Shown piece by piece: positions 58,001 through 59,950 of a stretch of 64,000 nucleotides of DNA. The stretch covers positions 2,304,001 to 2,368,000 of the forward strand of contig OZ220733.1 of the NCBI GenBank assembly GCA_965116875.1, read 5' to 3'. Under the pieces are notes generated by a model. That model saw only the letters and a program-made list of their open reading frames with translations, was not told the DNA's origin and ran no database searches. The position numbers were made by a program, and so were the translations under genes. Each line of letters opens with the position of its first letter. Positions within the stretch are counted from its first letter, which is position 1. The stretch comes from Candidatus Latescibacterota bacterium. GTDB taxonomy: Bacteria; Latescibacterota; UBA2968; GCA-2709665.

Positions 58001-58568
58001 CCGGTCGGTGACGCCTTCGCTTGAAGTCGGGGTGCGGCGCGACGCCGGCGACGCGGAGACGGGAGCCGGCCTCGAATTGGGCGGCGGCCTTCGTTACACC
58101 GACGGGAAGAAGGGCCTGACGATGGAAACGAGCGCTCGCGCCTTGATCGCCCATGAGGACGATACCTACCGGGAGTGGGGCGTGAGCGGTTCGATTAACC
58201 TGACCCCCCGGGCGTCGCAACGGGGTATTATGCTCAGGCTGAGGACGTCCTCGGGCAACGCTCAAAGCGGTGTGGACCGCCTCTGGGCGCCCGGCGGAGC
58301 GCAGGGAGTCCGGGGATCCCCGTACGGCGGCGGGTCCGGCGCATTCGACGCGGAATTGGGCTACGCAATGAACCCGCGGTGGACGAGCGGTCTCCTCACG
58401 CCCTATGCCAACGTCAGGATGGCTGCCGGCGCAGGTCCCGCCTATGGCCTGGGCTGGCGCCTTAAGGCGGACAGATCTTTTAATCTGGACATGTCCGCCT
58501 ACCGCCGTGAACGCCCCGGCGCCGCGCCGATTCACGGACTCCAGTTACGCGTTGTTCTATACAGGTAA
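25086..58568 (+). CDS. Giant (~11,100 aa) surface adhesin-like protein: Calx-beta/Ig-like repeats, two LRR blocks, C-terminal autotransporter-like beta-barrel
   Basis: Uninterrupted 33.5-kb ORF with many DGTAxAGxDY..GTLTF..DDxxDExDETFTVTL Calx-beta motifs; LRRs at ~31340-31660 and ~32090-32700; C-terminal AWLARFGRTVA...WTAWGRG...TGTLGADY...PSLEVGVRRDAGDAETG...LTPY. The likely real start is TTG 25182 (MKTQIF...AVTAA signal peptide). Confidence 0.92.
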   Translation: MPRGCTSRHVSLSSVGFLKIHVCCGPIKTIAVLKTQIFTRLSPSSPLVRFIASLVFLASAVAVDSPAVTAAETVSASLNVTGATAAEGDGSLSFTVSLSQAAGDAVTVAWTTSDGTAEAGSDYTAASGTLTFPADGETLSRTITVAVTDDAVDEADETFTVTLSEPSNATLATAAATATITDDDDRGVTVSPTALTVDEGGDSFYSVVLASRPTADVTVSVSAPSGTDVSADPTTLSFSASTWNTPQTVTVSAAADDDATADEAVTLTHAVSGGDYDGETAADVTVTITETDTPALSISDATAAEGDGSVSFTVSLSQIGSDDVTVGWATTDGTATGDDYTAVSGTLTFSPGETLSQTITVAIADDQIDEDDETFTVTLSDPANATLATATATGTITDDDTRGVAVSPQTLTMDEGSDDTYEVVLASQPTADVTVSVSVPSDTDVSVDQTTLTFTASDWNTAQTVTVSAAADDDVIADDDVTLTHSVSGGDYDSASADDVVVTITETDTVELSIAGGSAAEDAGSISFTVSLSQIGSDDVTVGWATANGTATAGDDYTAADGTLTFSPGETLSQTITVAIADDQIDEDDETFTVTLSDPANATLATATATGTITDDDTRGVTVSPQTLTMDEGSDDTYEVVLASQPTAEVTVSVSVPSDTDVSVDQTSLTFTADTWNTAQTVTVSAVDDDDVIADDDVTLTHSVSGGDYDGASADDVVVTIVETDTAELSVEGESAAEDAGSISFTVSLNTESSDAVTVAWTTDDGTATAGDDYTAADGTLTFSPGETLSQTITVTIADDQIDEADETFTVTLSDPANATLAAASATATITDDDVRGVTVRPTALTVDEGGDDSYEIALTSQPTADVTVSVSAPSGTDVSAAPTTLTFTAGDWNTPQTVTVSAADDDDAIADDQVTLTHTVSGGDYDGETAADVTVTITETTLPELNIADTTAVEGDGSLVFRVSLSQAGGEAVTVAWTSVDGTAEAGSDYTAANGTLTFSPDDGLSQTITVAIADDDVDEADETFTVTLSEPANATLAAATATGTITDDDVRGVTVSPTALTVDEGGDDSYEIALTSQPTADVTVSVGAPSGTDVSADPTTLSFTAGDWNTPQTVTVSAAADDDATADEAVTLTHAVSGGDYDGESAADVTVTITETDTPALSISDATAAEGDGSVSFTVSLSKAGSEAVTVAWTTSDGTASAGEDYTAASGTLTFSPGEALIQTISVALADDAVDEADETFTVTLGEPSNATLAASTATGTIIDDDTRGVTVSPTALTVEEGGSQTYTVALTSQPTGDLTVTVGGASGDVTADTDSETAGDQATLTFPAGDWNTPRTVTVSAAEDDDLAADDAVTLTHAVSGGDYDGETAADVTVTITETDTPALSISDATAAEGDGSVSFTVSLSQAGGDAVAVAWTTGDGTAEAGSDYTAASGTLTFPADGETLSRTITVAITDDDVDEADETFTVTLSEPSNATLATAAATATITDDDDRGVTVSPTALTVDEGGDSFYSVVLASRPTADVTVSVSAPSGTDVSADPTTLSFSASTWNTPQTVTVSAAADDDATADEAVTLTHAVSGGDYDGETAADVTVTITETDTPALSISDATAAEGDGSVSFTVSLSQAGSEAVTVAWTTGDGTADGDDYTAANGTLTFAANSEALTQTIAVALADDDVDEADETFTVTLSEPANATLAAATATGTITDDDVRGVTVSPTALTVDEGGDDSYEIALTSQPTADVTVSVGAPSGTDVSADPTTLSFTAGDWNTPQTVTVSAAADDDATADEAVTLTHAVSGGDYDGESAADVTVTITETDTPALSISDATAAEGDGSVSFTVSLSKAGSEAVTVAWTTSDGTASAGSDYTAASGALTFPVDSETLSRTITVALADDAVDESDETFTVTLSDPSNATLAIATATATITDDDDPPAVSVADSSAAEDDGFIEFAVSLSQASGRFVTVEWTTAADDEGVSPATAGEDYFESLGMLLFEPGSTEQTIRVQLLNDEEAEETETFRVALSNAEHATLEEAGAAAVGTITDADDPLVVQGQTAGVCGRTDKVRVAILAAAPVSACGDVTSDHLSAITSLDLTSNQISSLQDGDFAGLTGLTRLELNNNSLTSLPAGIFSGLTSLTYLSLNHNSLSSLPATLFSDLTNLTTLVFPSNDLPERLPAGIFSGLTSLQNLHLDNNQLPVSLKRVGEGQFKATVETGAPFAMTMTLTVTNGTLPTGTTSISIPQGSTESSTTLTVTRTDGATGAVTVDIDVLPTPVGDTDTGAGHHNYTFVKSADLPIVVLDELGVCDRTEEVADYLVFATAAYNCSQVTAALLAEIELASMDLQLAGISSLKSGDFSDLPDLEDIVLNDNELTSLPADVFSGLSNLTGLVLNDNELTSLPAGVFSGLSNLRELHLEDNELTSLPAGVFSGLSNLRELHLNDNELTSLPAGVFSGLSNLTVIYLYGNDLTTLPAGVFSGLSNLRELHLEDNELTSLPAGVFSGLSSLVDLDLKGNEDLISLPDGAFSGLTSLESLKLSDNSLPVALTRVGGGQFKAAMATGAPFDVVLNISAAEGDESLDDFDVTIPQGSVESETMAVRRRGTDVVTVDVTRLPGFPNNKHSGYLLSKAPGLPLQIHDAVVQAAVEVSAYKPDGWMGDPVIWSGNDAVFTVKRCDPSTDASLCAAGVASSLNVSIEVSGQARTATIPANQYSVEVRVPTTTATQDLSVNLVAAAGYVMDPYRTQVRVDVHDAPSSTFFLSGTPEPVVEGAAIDFTVQRCRYLESVCFDEDLPEQTINLSVTDQGNFISGTPPATLTFAAGAVSNTLTVSTLDDVVDEDDGSVTVAVGASDATTGAYQVGAPNSATVAVTDDDAGLVLAVNDTTAAEADGYIDFTVTLTKPGDTNDTERTVTVDYATASGTAVEDEDFLAASGTLTLDRATPGKTVRVSLVADTHEEPRETFTLTLRNAVNATLEGGEITLAVTGTIEANEALTGVPVTMTAPEHVTEGEDAVFTLTRSGNTTAPLVVEVEVQRLRASFPTGDAVPHAVFFPANQTAATLTVLSVEDNDSLDPDRTLTARLTHETGNVRRVPIHDNDPPEISIRGTGYKPDGWTGHPVAWEGNEAFFILERCDPATDRCEGFWTPEELTVRVTGIGSGVGVTEVTFPRGVFSTEVSRQTYEAESRGLQGYATAFVQTGEGYTPAPDARVADVLVYDVHPQTVRLYGFPNPVPEGTLLNYHLERCRAIESVCFDEDLPALTVNLSVTEEGSFISGTPAATLTFRENALYNIYTVRTVDDAVAEDDGSVTVAIADSTATSGPYLIHATESAHTIAVTDNDDQPRIGIEDAAAGESDGSITFPVTLKIPDGTDYSDQTVTVQYATASGTATQGTDYTAASGTLTFAPRETEKSISVTVTADVLSEVDETFTLTLSNANNAGLSGGGATLAATGTIVDDDLAHVSIAADAAAVIEGQAAAFTLTRSANSTGALTVDVEVTTEDDPHGDLLLGAAPTSAAFEAGKTEAALNVFTADNSRVQYNRAVKVTIEPRGDTDYTLVADASAASVAVRDNEKPHVTVTNYTPVVNGRPRRLTEGDPVELKLKRVGDLTAALTVPLEWAIERSEGLGRNWESYFSTPRPQTATFPAGESRVTVTVPTDDDNLDELDIVISGGPPNPDGDPQLKLLYTSDWRRRTAEFRIQDDDGPQVTVRARTTPVAESADAVFNLTRTSDSGEMPVQVTLAQTGDFLASTTTPVTVTFAAGDLDTTLTVSLDDDDLDEDEGSVTATLVEGDAYEIGDRSSATVVVTDDDDAQRVTIAAASTGSVVEGGNAVFTLTRRTVRNGQEVDESREKLIVNVTVSQKGDFLTASPPARAVFPVGDNEVTLRVPTVKDYVADGTGSVIVTLAEGAGYGIPAAGQTGRKATVTVTDDNQGQEVRIAAAAASVAEGQPVVFTLTRSVFTRARSLSGELRVSVDLSDPDDILSGTPTTATAVFNHGSARTTLSLPTTDNAYVQDDPRVTATLAEQRGYRVPPADQTGRKATVRVNDNDGRVRVSISSNAAQVTEGDDVVFTLNRSGDPSGRLQVLLYLGGHVKIMTEGTLEKRFKRFIANFDADQSSFDLRYTTEADEKNEGDGKIFLQIKTSPTGSYTVSGSRSRTVIVKDDDYPVLTMKESALTIDEGSPMGWTMVRTGDLSARLYIGWGFSITRNHYVHKDRLKRYLVRDTDEPGTDPSSWYFANGASERSFLQYPTGLYNYVGPEGGTAIYTILDDGCDETTEYCENPGYTIGEPSATTITINNIYAAVFIRPVSASVNEGDPATFTLERRWNSNNIKKKHTDVTIRVTQTGSVISGTPPTTQRLEIGDSEATLSIPTLEDVVKEDDGAVTVEILSPGPLDEQTDNTAYYPAGTVDGVNYSRATVTVRDDDQVPTVTVRALAESVEEGETIRFEFARTGAADEAMKFKFKVDRIYDYFYGFPGTSTATWTWPAGDSKFTYTLRTADRPDIDPDGAAVVTVLAPGEDTDEFPVQYLVGDPSVARTEIRNNDAARMSIAATPERISEGETAVFTVTRTGVTDRAHTVLVSIDDPDKLAAVALPTSVSFSIGETEKTAIFSTIAPDPIRQGDRTITATVKLDHNFEPPEGSIPPDYRFPTYLLGDPSSATVTVADAPLPTLTVSDTSASEADGNLTFTVTAGGFRYGAITLDYTTTGGTAAQGTDYTATSGALTIATTETEKTIAVPVTDDALAEAEETFTLTLSNAAKAVFEGGGATLDATGAIEDDEVLQVAIAAAEETVIEGSDARFTLSVSGATSTGDVEVGYTLSGTATAGADYTAPDGAFTIDAGQTGGTLAIPMLNDGEREFEETLIATLNSASNVAEVQLAATRATVKIRDASTRIFLSLDRASVAENDEDKTVRVSAAVNASLLPTPTTVRVSVAGGTATAADFAAVSSFDVTIPAETREGSGAFTLSPVDDAVDEEDETITVSGEVTSLTPGRSPPLTVTSADLILTDDDDRKVVVTPSELTIDEGGRGSYGIRLASQPTENVTVTVGGASGDVSPTPTTLTFTAANYQTPQPVVVTAAPDEDVVADPDVTLTHSVSSSGDYNGLTASSVTVTITETDERGVTVRPTELTVDEGGSNTYTVVLTSQPTGDVTVTVGGISGDVSVSGPPLTFTASDWDDAQIVTVRAAEDDDALADPKVILTHTVAGADYGSNSVTADDVVVTVAENDTPTLAISDTSAAEDAGSLVFRVTLSQATSQTVTVTYSTANGTATAGSDYTAVTNGTLTFSPGGGLSQTLTVSVADDDVDEANETFTVALKNPQNATLADAAATGTIEDDDGRGVTVSSATLAVPEGGSNTYTVVLDSEPTEDVTVTVGGASGDVTADVDTGTSGDQTVMTFTPSNWSTAQTVTVSAAEDADAVVDEVTLTHAVSSSGDYSGETASSVAVTVTENDKPALSIADTTAAEDDGDMVFRVSMSTASSKTVTVSYSTANGTAAAGSDYTTVSNGTLTFSPGGSLSQTVSVSVTDDAVVEGNETFTVTLKNPQNATLADATATGTIEDDDAASFSLSVSSSAVAEDGGTSTVTVSTGGVSFLADTTFTLTLGGTATKGTDYTVGSESLELTAGQTSVTTTVTATDDDVDEADETVTVSASLGGSTVGSQKTVTITDDDGRGVTISKATLAVPEGGSSTYTVVLDSEPTEEVTVTVGGASGDVSVDVDTEGDQTAMTFTADDWDDAQTVTVSAAEDADALADEVTLTHTVSSTGDYSGETASSVAVTVTENDKPALSIADTTAAEDDGDMVFRVSMSTASSKTVTVSYSTANGTAAAGSDYTTVSNGTLTFSPGGSLSQTVSVSVTDDAVVEGNETFTVTLKNPQNATLADATATGTIEDDDAASFSLSVSSSAVAEDGGTSTVTVSTGGVSFLADTTFTLTLGGTATKGTDYTVGSESLELTAGQTSVTTTVTATDDDVDEADETVTVSASLGGSTVGSQKTVTITDDDGRGVTISKATLAVPEGGTNTYTVVLDSEPTEEVTVTVGGASGDVSVDVDTEGDQTALTFTADDWDDAQTVTVSAAEDADALADEVTLTHTVSSSGDYSGETASSVAVTVTENDKPALSIADSSAAEGDGALVFRVSMNVASSQTVTVSYSTANGTAAAGSDYTTVSNGTLTFSPGGSLSQTVSVSVTDDAVVEGNETFTVTLKNPQNATLADATATGTIEDDDEPSFSLSVSSSAVAEDGGTSTVTVSTGGVSFTADTTFTLTLGGTATKGTDYTVGSESLELTAGQTSVTTTVTATDDDVDEADETVTVSASLGGSTVGSQKTVTITDDDGRGVTVSKATLAVPEGGSSTYTVVLDSEPTGDVTVTVGGTSGDVSVDTDTKTTGIQTAVTFTSSNWSTAQTVTVSAAEDDDAVADEVTLTHAVSSTGDYGSVTADNVAVTVTENDKPALSIADTSAAEGDGSLAFRVSMNVASSQTVTVKYSTANGTANAGQDYTAVSNKTLTFSPGGSLSQTVSVSLTDDDLDEANETLTMTLNSPENATTADATATGTIEDDDEPSFSLSVSSSAVAEDGGTSTVTVSTGGVSFLADTTFTLTLGGTATKGTDYTVGSESLELTAGQTSVTTTVTATDDDVDEADETVTVSASLGGSTVGSQKTVTITDDDGRGVTISKATLAVPEGGTNTYTVVLESEPTADVTVTVGGASGDVSVDVDTEGDQTALTFTASDWETAQTVTVSAAEDADALADEVTLTHTVSSSGDYSGETASSVAVTVTENDKPALSIADSSAAEGDGALVFRVSMNVASSQTVTVSYSTANGTAAAGSDYTTVSNGTLTFSSGGSLSQTVSVSVTDDAVVEGNETFTVTLNNPQNATIADATATGTIEDDDEPSFSLSVSSSAVAEDGGTSTVTVSTGGVSFLADTTFTLTLGGTATKGTDYTVGSESLELTAGQTSVTTTVTATDDDVDEADETFTISASLGGSTVGSQKTVTITDDDGRGVTVSKATLAVPEGGSSTYTVVLDSEPTGDVTVTVGGTSGDVSVDTDTTTGIQTAVTFTSSNWSTAQTVTVSAAEDDDAVADEVTLTHAVSSTGDYGSVTADNVAVTVTENDKPALSIADTSAAEGDGSLAFRVSMNVASSQTVTVKYSTANGTANAGQDYTAVSNKTLTFSPGGSLSQTVSVSLTDDDLDEANETLTMTLNSPENATTADATATGTITDDDGRGVTISKESLTVTEGGSNTYTVVLDSEPTAEVTVTVGGMSGDVSVDTDTKTTGIQTALTFTPSNWSTAQTVTVSAAEDEDALADPKVTLTHTVAGADYGDNSVTADDVAVTIAENETPTLAIADSSATEDAGSLVFRVTLSQATSQTVTVRYSTSNATATAGSDYTAVSNGTLTFSPNSLKQTVTVSVADDDLDEANETFTVTLKSPKNATLSDATATGTIEDDDERGVTVSPTALTVTEGSSKTYEVVLTSKPTDDVTVTVGGASGDVTADVDTGTSGDQAALTFTPSNWSAAQTVTVSAAEDDDALADATVTLTHTVAGADYGTNSVTADDVVVTIAENDTPTLAIADTSAAEGDGSLAFRVTLSQASSEQVTVTYSTANGTATAGQDYTAVSNKTLTFSPGGSLSRTASVSVADDDVDEGDETFTVTLNSPENATTADATATGTITDDDERGVTVSKEALTVTEGSSGTYTVVLTSKPTGDVTVTVSGMTGDVSVNKTALTFTASTWDDAQTVTVSAAEDDDALADAQVTLTHTVAGADYGDNSVTAGNVAVTVAENDAPTLAISDTTAAEDAGHLVFRVTLSQATSQTVTVGYATLNGTATAGEDYTAVSNGTLTFSPEALSRTVSVSLTDDDVDEADETFAVKLKSPQHATLADAAAIGAILDDDERGVTVSRATLTVTEGSSGAYTVVLDSKPTDDVTVTVGGASGDVTVNQTALTFTASNWNSAQTVTVSAAEDDDALADATVTLTHAVAGADYGANSVTAGHVVVAIAENETPTLAISDTTAVEDDGSMVFRVSLSTATSEQVTVRYSTSNGTATAGEDYTAVPDGTVTFSPNTLAQTVTVSIDDDDVKEANETFTVTLNSPQNATLATATATGTIVDDEPRRLVNPAKKPPPGNLIDPEGVLTVTLVLTPAEIQENGGTTTVTALLNRESTEATTVTVTAEPESPASSSDYTQSGNALTVTAGEQTSTGTVEITAVDNALDGPSKQVKVLGTASNSEELTSLARQTLTITDDDERGVTLSKEALTVTEGSSGTYTVVLTSKPTDDVTVTVGGASGDVTVGTDTNDDGDQDELTFTPTDWSSAQTVTVSAAEDDDALTDATVTLTHAVAGADYGSNSVTADDVVVTVAENDTPTLAIADTSASEDAGNLVFRVSLSQATSQTVTVRYSTSNATATAGSDYTAVTNKTLTFSPGGSLSRTVSVSLTDDDLDEADETFTVTLKSPQNATLADATATGTIEDDDERGVTVSKEALTVTEGSSGTYTVVLTSKPTGDVTVTVGGASGDVTVDTDTDNTGNQTALTFTASTWDDAQTVTVSAAEDDDALADAKVTLTHTVAGADYGSNSVTADDVVVTIAENDTPTLAIADSSASEDAGNLVFRVSLSQATSQTVTVRYSTSNGTATAGSDYTAVNNKTITFSPGGGLTQAVTVSVADDDVDEADETFTVTLNSPQHATTADATATGTIEDDDERGVTVSEATLAVPEGGSNTYTVVLDSEPTANVTVTVGGASGDVTVDTDTDNTGNQTALTFTASTWDAAQTVTVSAAEDDDALTDATVTLTHTVAGADYGSNSVTADDVVVTIAENDTPTLAIADSSASEDAGNLVFRVSLSQATSQTVTVRYSTSNGTATAGSDYTAVTNKTLTFSPGGSLSRTVSVSLTDDDLDEADETFTVTLNSPQNATLADATATGTIEDDDERGVTVSKEALTVTEGSSGTYTVVLTSKPTGDVTVTVGGASGDVTVDTDTDNTGNQTALTFTASTWDAAQTVTVSAAEDDDALTDATVTLTHTVAGADYGDNSVTASNVAVTVAENDTPTLAIADSSASEDAGSLVFRVSLSQATSQTVTVRYSTSNGTATAGSDYTAVNNKTITFSPGGGLTQAVTVSVADDDVDEADETFTVTLNSPQHATTADATATGTIEDDDERGVTISRETLTVTEGSSGTYTVVLDTEPTGNVTVTVDGASGDVSVNKNTLTFTAGDWETAQTVTVSAAEDADAVVDRATLTHSVSSTGDYSGETASNVAVTVTENDTPTLAIADTSAAEGDGSLVFRVTLNVASSKTVTVGYSTSNGTATAGSDYTAASNQTLTFSPGGSLSQTVSVSVSDDAVVEGDETFTVTLKSPQNATISDAAATGTITDDDEASFSLSANPSAVAEDGGTSTVTVSTGGVSFPADTTFALTLGGTATQDTDYTVGSESLTLTAGQTSVTTTVTATDDDVDEANETVTVSATLNGSAVGSSQTVTINDDDDRGVTVSREALTVTEGSTGAYTVVLDSEPTADVTVTVNGASGDVSVNKTTLTFTAGDWETAQTVTVSAAEDHDALADDKVTLNHSVAGADYGANSVTASSVVVTIAENDTPTLAIADTSAAESDGGMVFRVTLSTASSQMVTVSYFTSDGEATAGSDYTAVTNGSITFGQGGALSRTVSVSVTDDAVVEGDETFTVTLNSAQNAQIVTSEATGRITDDDEASFSLSVNPSAVAEDGGTSTVTVSTGGVSFPADTTFALTLGGTATQDTDYTVGSESLTLTAGQTSVTTAVTATDDDVDEADETVTVSATLDGIGVGSSQTVTINDDDDRGVTISRETLTVTEGSSGTYTVVLDSEPTEDVTVTVGGASGDVSVNKTTLTFTAGDWETAQTVTVSAAEDDDALADDKVTLNHTVAGADYGANSVTADDVVVTIAENDTPTLSIGNESAAEGAGTIAFTVTLSTAGSQAVTVAYETSNGTATAGEDYTAANGTLTFPAGNTAAQTITVPITDDALDEPDETFTVTLSNAQNAALSGGQNTLSATGTIKDDDGRPVSRGEDESPASDEDEEPALTLSPLRLPVPEGGRAIYTVVLAARPTSSVTVSMTTDLAGTDLLIDRATLTFTSQNWNTAQTVTVSAAEDDDLLVDPVVRLTHTASGGNYNGISGVVAAAIVENDLPALFVDDARAGESDNVMVFAVRLNAPAGKVVSASCRTADGTAKNGEDFEEPVGRVVIEPGAVEGTIRVSIMDDERDEADESFTLLLEDVRNATIGRGAGKGTILDDDLPRVRIAAVMTEVSEGRAIAFSLTREGDLTVSLEVPVRIETEGAFFSMPPPRAVTFEKGAAVSMLSVRTHDDELDEPDGSITVTIGDGDAFLADRDRSAIVRVTDDDDPPEISIADASAYEGGGRMTFTATLAAASAREVWVRWSTSDGTARAGEDYEKSEGTLRFQPLEIEKSFSVPVLDDGLDEANETFAVALRDAVNATVSGAAKGTIMDDDLPNVVVRSDTASVTEGAVAAFTLFRTGDLTVSLDVSVQVSTEGDFISSPLPESVTFEEGAAEATLALQTENDALDEPDGSVTLAISEDNAYEASEPSSATIRVTDNDDPPKITISDGRAGEGDEQMVFAVTLTTPSAREVSVEWTTEDVSAGAPATASATAGEDYGSASGTLRFPPLEVSKSIRVVVLDDDLDEPRETFTVRLKNSVNAAINDGEAIGTIIDDDMAISRAWLARFGRTVAGHVLDAIDERFSGRDAPNAHLTLGGRRLGASETMPAVLETGQRSAGGAPGLFGFTGEGQDERAFRFSNVGLREFLLNSSFSASPRTRWTAWGRGATTRFAGSEAGLSIDGEVVTGTLGADYERGRVLGGVAVAHSVADGEFTVPETSFRAEPKAALTSVHVYMGVDANRRVPAWGLLGIGRGDISQLDGGGARGIGLKMGAAGLRGRLLSPTGGSGFELSVRSDAFTALMNVDAVDVQPPVEAKASRLRLALEAEQVLVSAAGRSVTPSLEVGVRRDAGDAETGAGLELGGGLRYTDGKKGLTMETSARALIAHEDDTYREWGVSGSINLTPRASQRGIMLRLRTSSGNAQSGVDRLWAPGGAQGVRGSPYGGGSGAFDAELGYAMNPRWTSGLLTPYANVRMAAGAGPAYGLGWRLKADRSFNLDMSAYRRERPGAAPIHGLQLRVVLYR
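25320..30870 (+). repeat. N-terminal intragenic tandem repeats (~650-bp Calx-beta plus Ig-like two-domain units)
   Basis: Near-identical DNA blocks at offsets of 648 (26025/26673), 1977 (28435/30412) and 3927 (25834/29761). Confidence 0.9.
32170..32600 (+). repeat. 72-bp tandem repeats encoding 24-aa typical-class LRRs
   Basis: ...gacaacgagctgaccagcctgccggccggcgtcttctccggactgagcaacctg... recurs with period 72. Confidence 0.95.
40420..55140 (+). repeat. Intragenic repeats: ~993-bp three-domain units and ~681-bp two-domain units
   Basis: Shadow ORF boundaries recur at 41906/42899/43892/44891/45884 and 50774/51455/52136; the DNA of the units is nearly identical. Confidence 0.9.
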
Positions 58569-58763
58569 TCAGGCGAGGACGCCGAACCCGAGAGGCAGGG
58601 TGGACCATCGCTGACGGCGGTCAAATATGGCAGTCGTACGCTTTCCGCCTCTCGAGGTTCTATCGGCTTATCGCACGCTTCGCCCATTCCGCGCCTTACC
58701 ATCTCAGAAGATCCGGACAAACCCTCCCAACTGCCCCGCGTTTTCTCTTTCCTGCCCTGCTCG

Positions 58764-59008
58764 TGTTGCAAATTGCACAAGGTGTTGCAATTTGCAACAC
58801 GAGCAGCTTCCTCCAGCCGGATCTTCTCTATAAAAGGCGAATAAACATAGATTAATCGAAGTCCTGGTTCCCTGAAATTGCAGTGGGTATCTGATTTCAG
58901 GACGCATTCTGCACATTTCCGGATTGAATCAACCCACCGGTTGTATGTTGTAACGCTTTCAAAATCATAGAATTACTCGACATTAGTGCAATTGGCACGG
59001 ATTTCGCA
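58764..59008 (+). promoter_or_regulatory. Upstream activator boxes plus sigma54 promoter (cassette 4, no intact gene downstream)
   Basis: TGTTGCAAATTGCACA (58764), perfect palindrome TGTTGCAA-T-TTGCAACA (58783-58799), and TGGCAC-GGATT-TCGCA at 58993-59008. Confidence 0.8.
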
Positions 59009-59486
59009 ATTGTGTCGCATTTTGCGTCACGGATACGTGAGTCGTGCGCGTAACGGGACACTGGCATTCGAAGCTATGTGACCGGTGTTCTGTCCTGGAA
59101 AAAGGGTTGTCTGAATCCGGCGGAACAGAATCAGCAAAAACAGCGGTCATCTCACAACCGTCAGCTCGAATCAAGGCCTCAGGCAGTAACCTCGGCGCCG
59201 TATAGAGCCAGTACCGGAATGGTCGAAACCTTCGTTAGTTCATGCTCTGTGTAAGCTTGAACGGACGTCGCCGGATGCGGCGCGAAATCCTTGGCGCATC
59301 ACGGGAAACCGTTACGCCGGTTTCAGTGAACGATCCGGCAAGGGCGGACCTATGCCGCGGCCTCCTCCACTCACGCGGCGTCGCCCTGCGGTTTCCCGTG
59401 AGTTCTTCCGTTGCCTGTCTCGCAGAACGCGAACCGGAGCAAGAGTGATGCCCAAAAAACCCGGCAATACGTATCAGGAGGCAAGA

Positions 59487-59753
59487 ATGAATCCAAAGAT
59501 GATGGTCGGGCCATTGCTCGGGGTAGAAAGCGACTCGGTTTACACCGTCTGTTATTTGTCTGATCAGACCGTGAACGACTGCGATCTGTTCGTGAACGAT
59601 GCCAGGGCGTCATTAAGGACACCCGAAATGAACTGCCCGTTCGGCTCGGACACGTATATCCGAACGCGCAACTATGCCGTGCTTGAGGAGGGAACCGACA
59701 GGAAAGTGTGGGTGAACTGGATCTGTGAGGAAGAGGTGCGGCTATGGATATGA
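59487..59753 (+). pseudogene. Short ORF, probably an internally deleted relic (recalls the N- and C-termini of PhoD-like phosphatases)
   Basis: AGGAGG RBS; MNPKMMVGPLLGVESDSVYTVCYL joined to YIRTRNYAVLEE..VWVNWICEE. The family resemblance is from memory and tentative. Confidence 0.35.
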
Positions 59754-59818
59754 ACGGCAGCGGCGCGATGGATTTGTCGGACTTTCTGGCCTTCGTGCAG
59801 GTATTCGGTACCACCTGA
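59744..59818 (+). pseudogene. Orphan C-terminal EF-hand/dockerin-like tail fragment
   Basis: DMNGSGAMDLSDFLAFVQVFGTT*, the same motif class as DFDGDGTVGFTDFLQFAAQFG at ~63905-63970. Confidence 0.65.
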
Positions 59819-59950
59819 CACGTCCAGTGACCTGGTGTCTCCTGGGAATCCGCCGTTGAATCGCCTTTTTTAACTCGCACATAATCGAATCAGCGTTCAC
59901 GAAGAATTACGTATCAAGGTTAACCCGTCGGGATGCGTTGAATATGCGGT

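Noticed and set aside
25359-58535. Very long minus-strand ORFs (e.g. 40392-47006, 33141-37703, 49533-53714)
   Set aside because: Arg/His/Gly-rich antisense shadows of the GC-rich repetitive adhesin; no domain signal.
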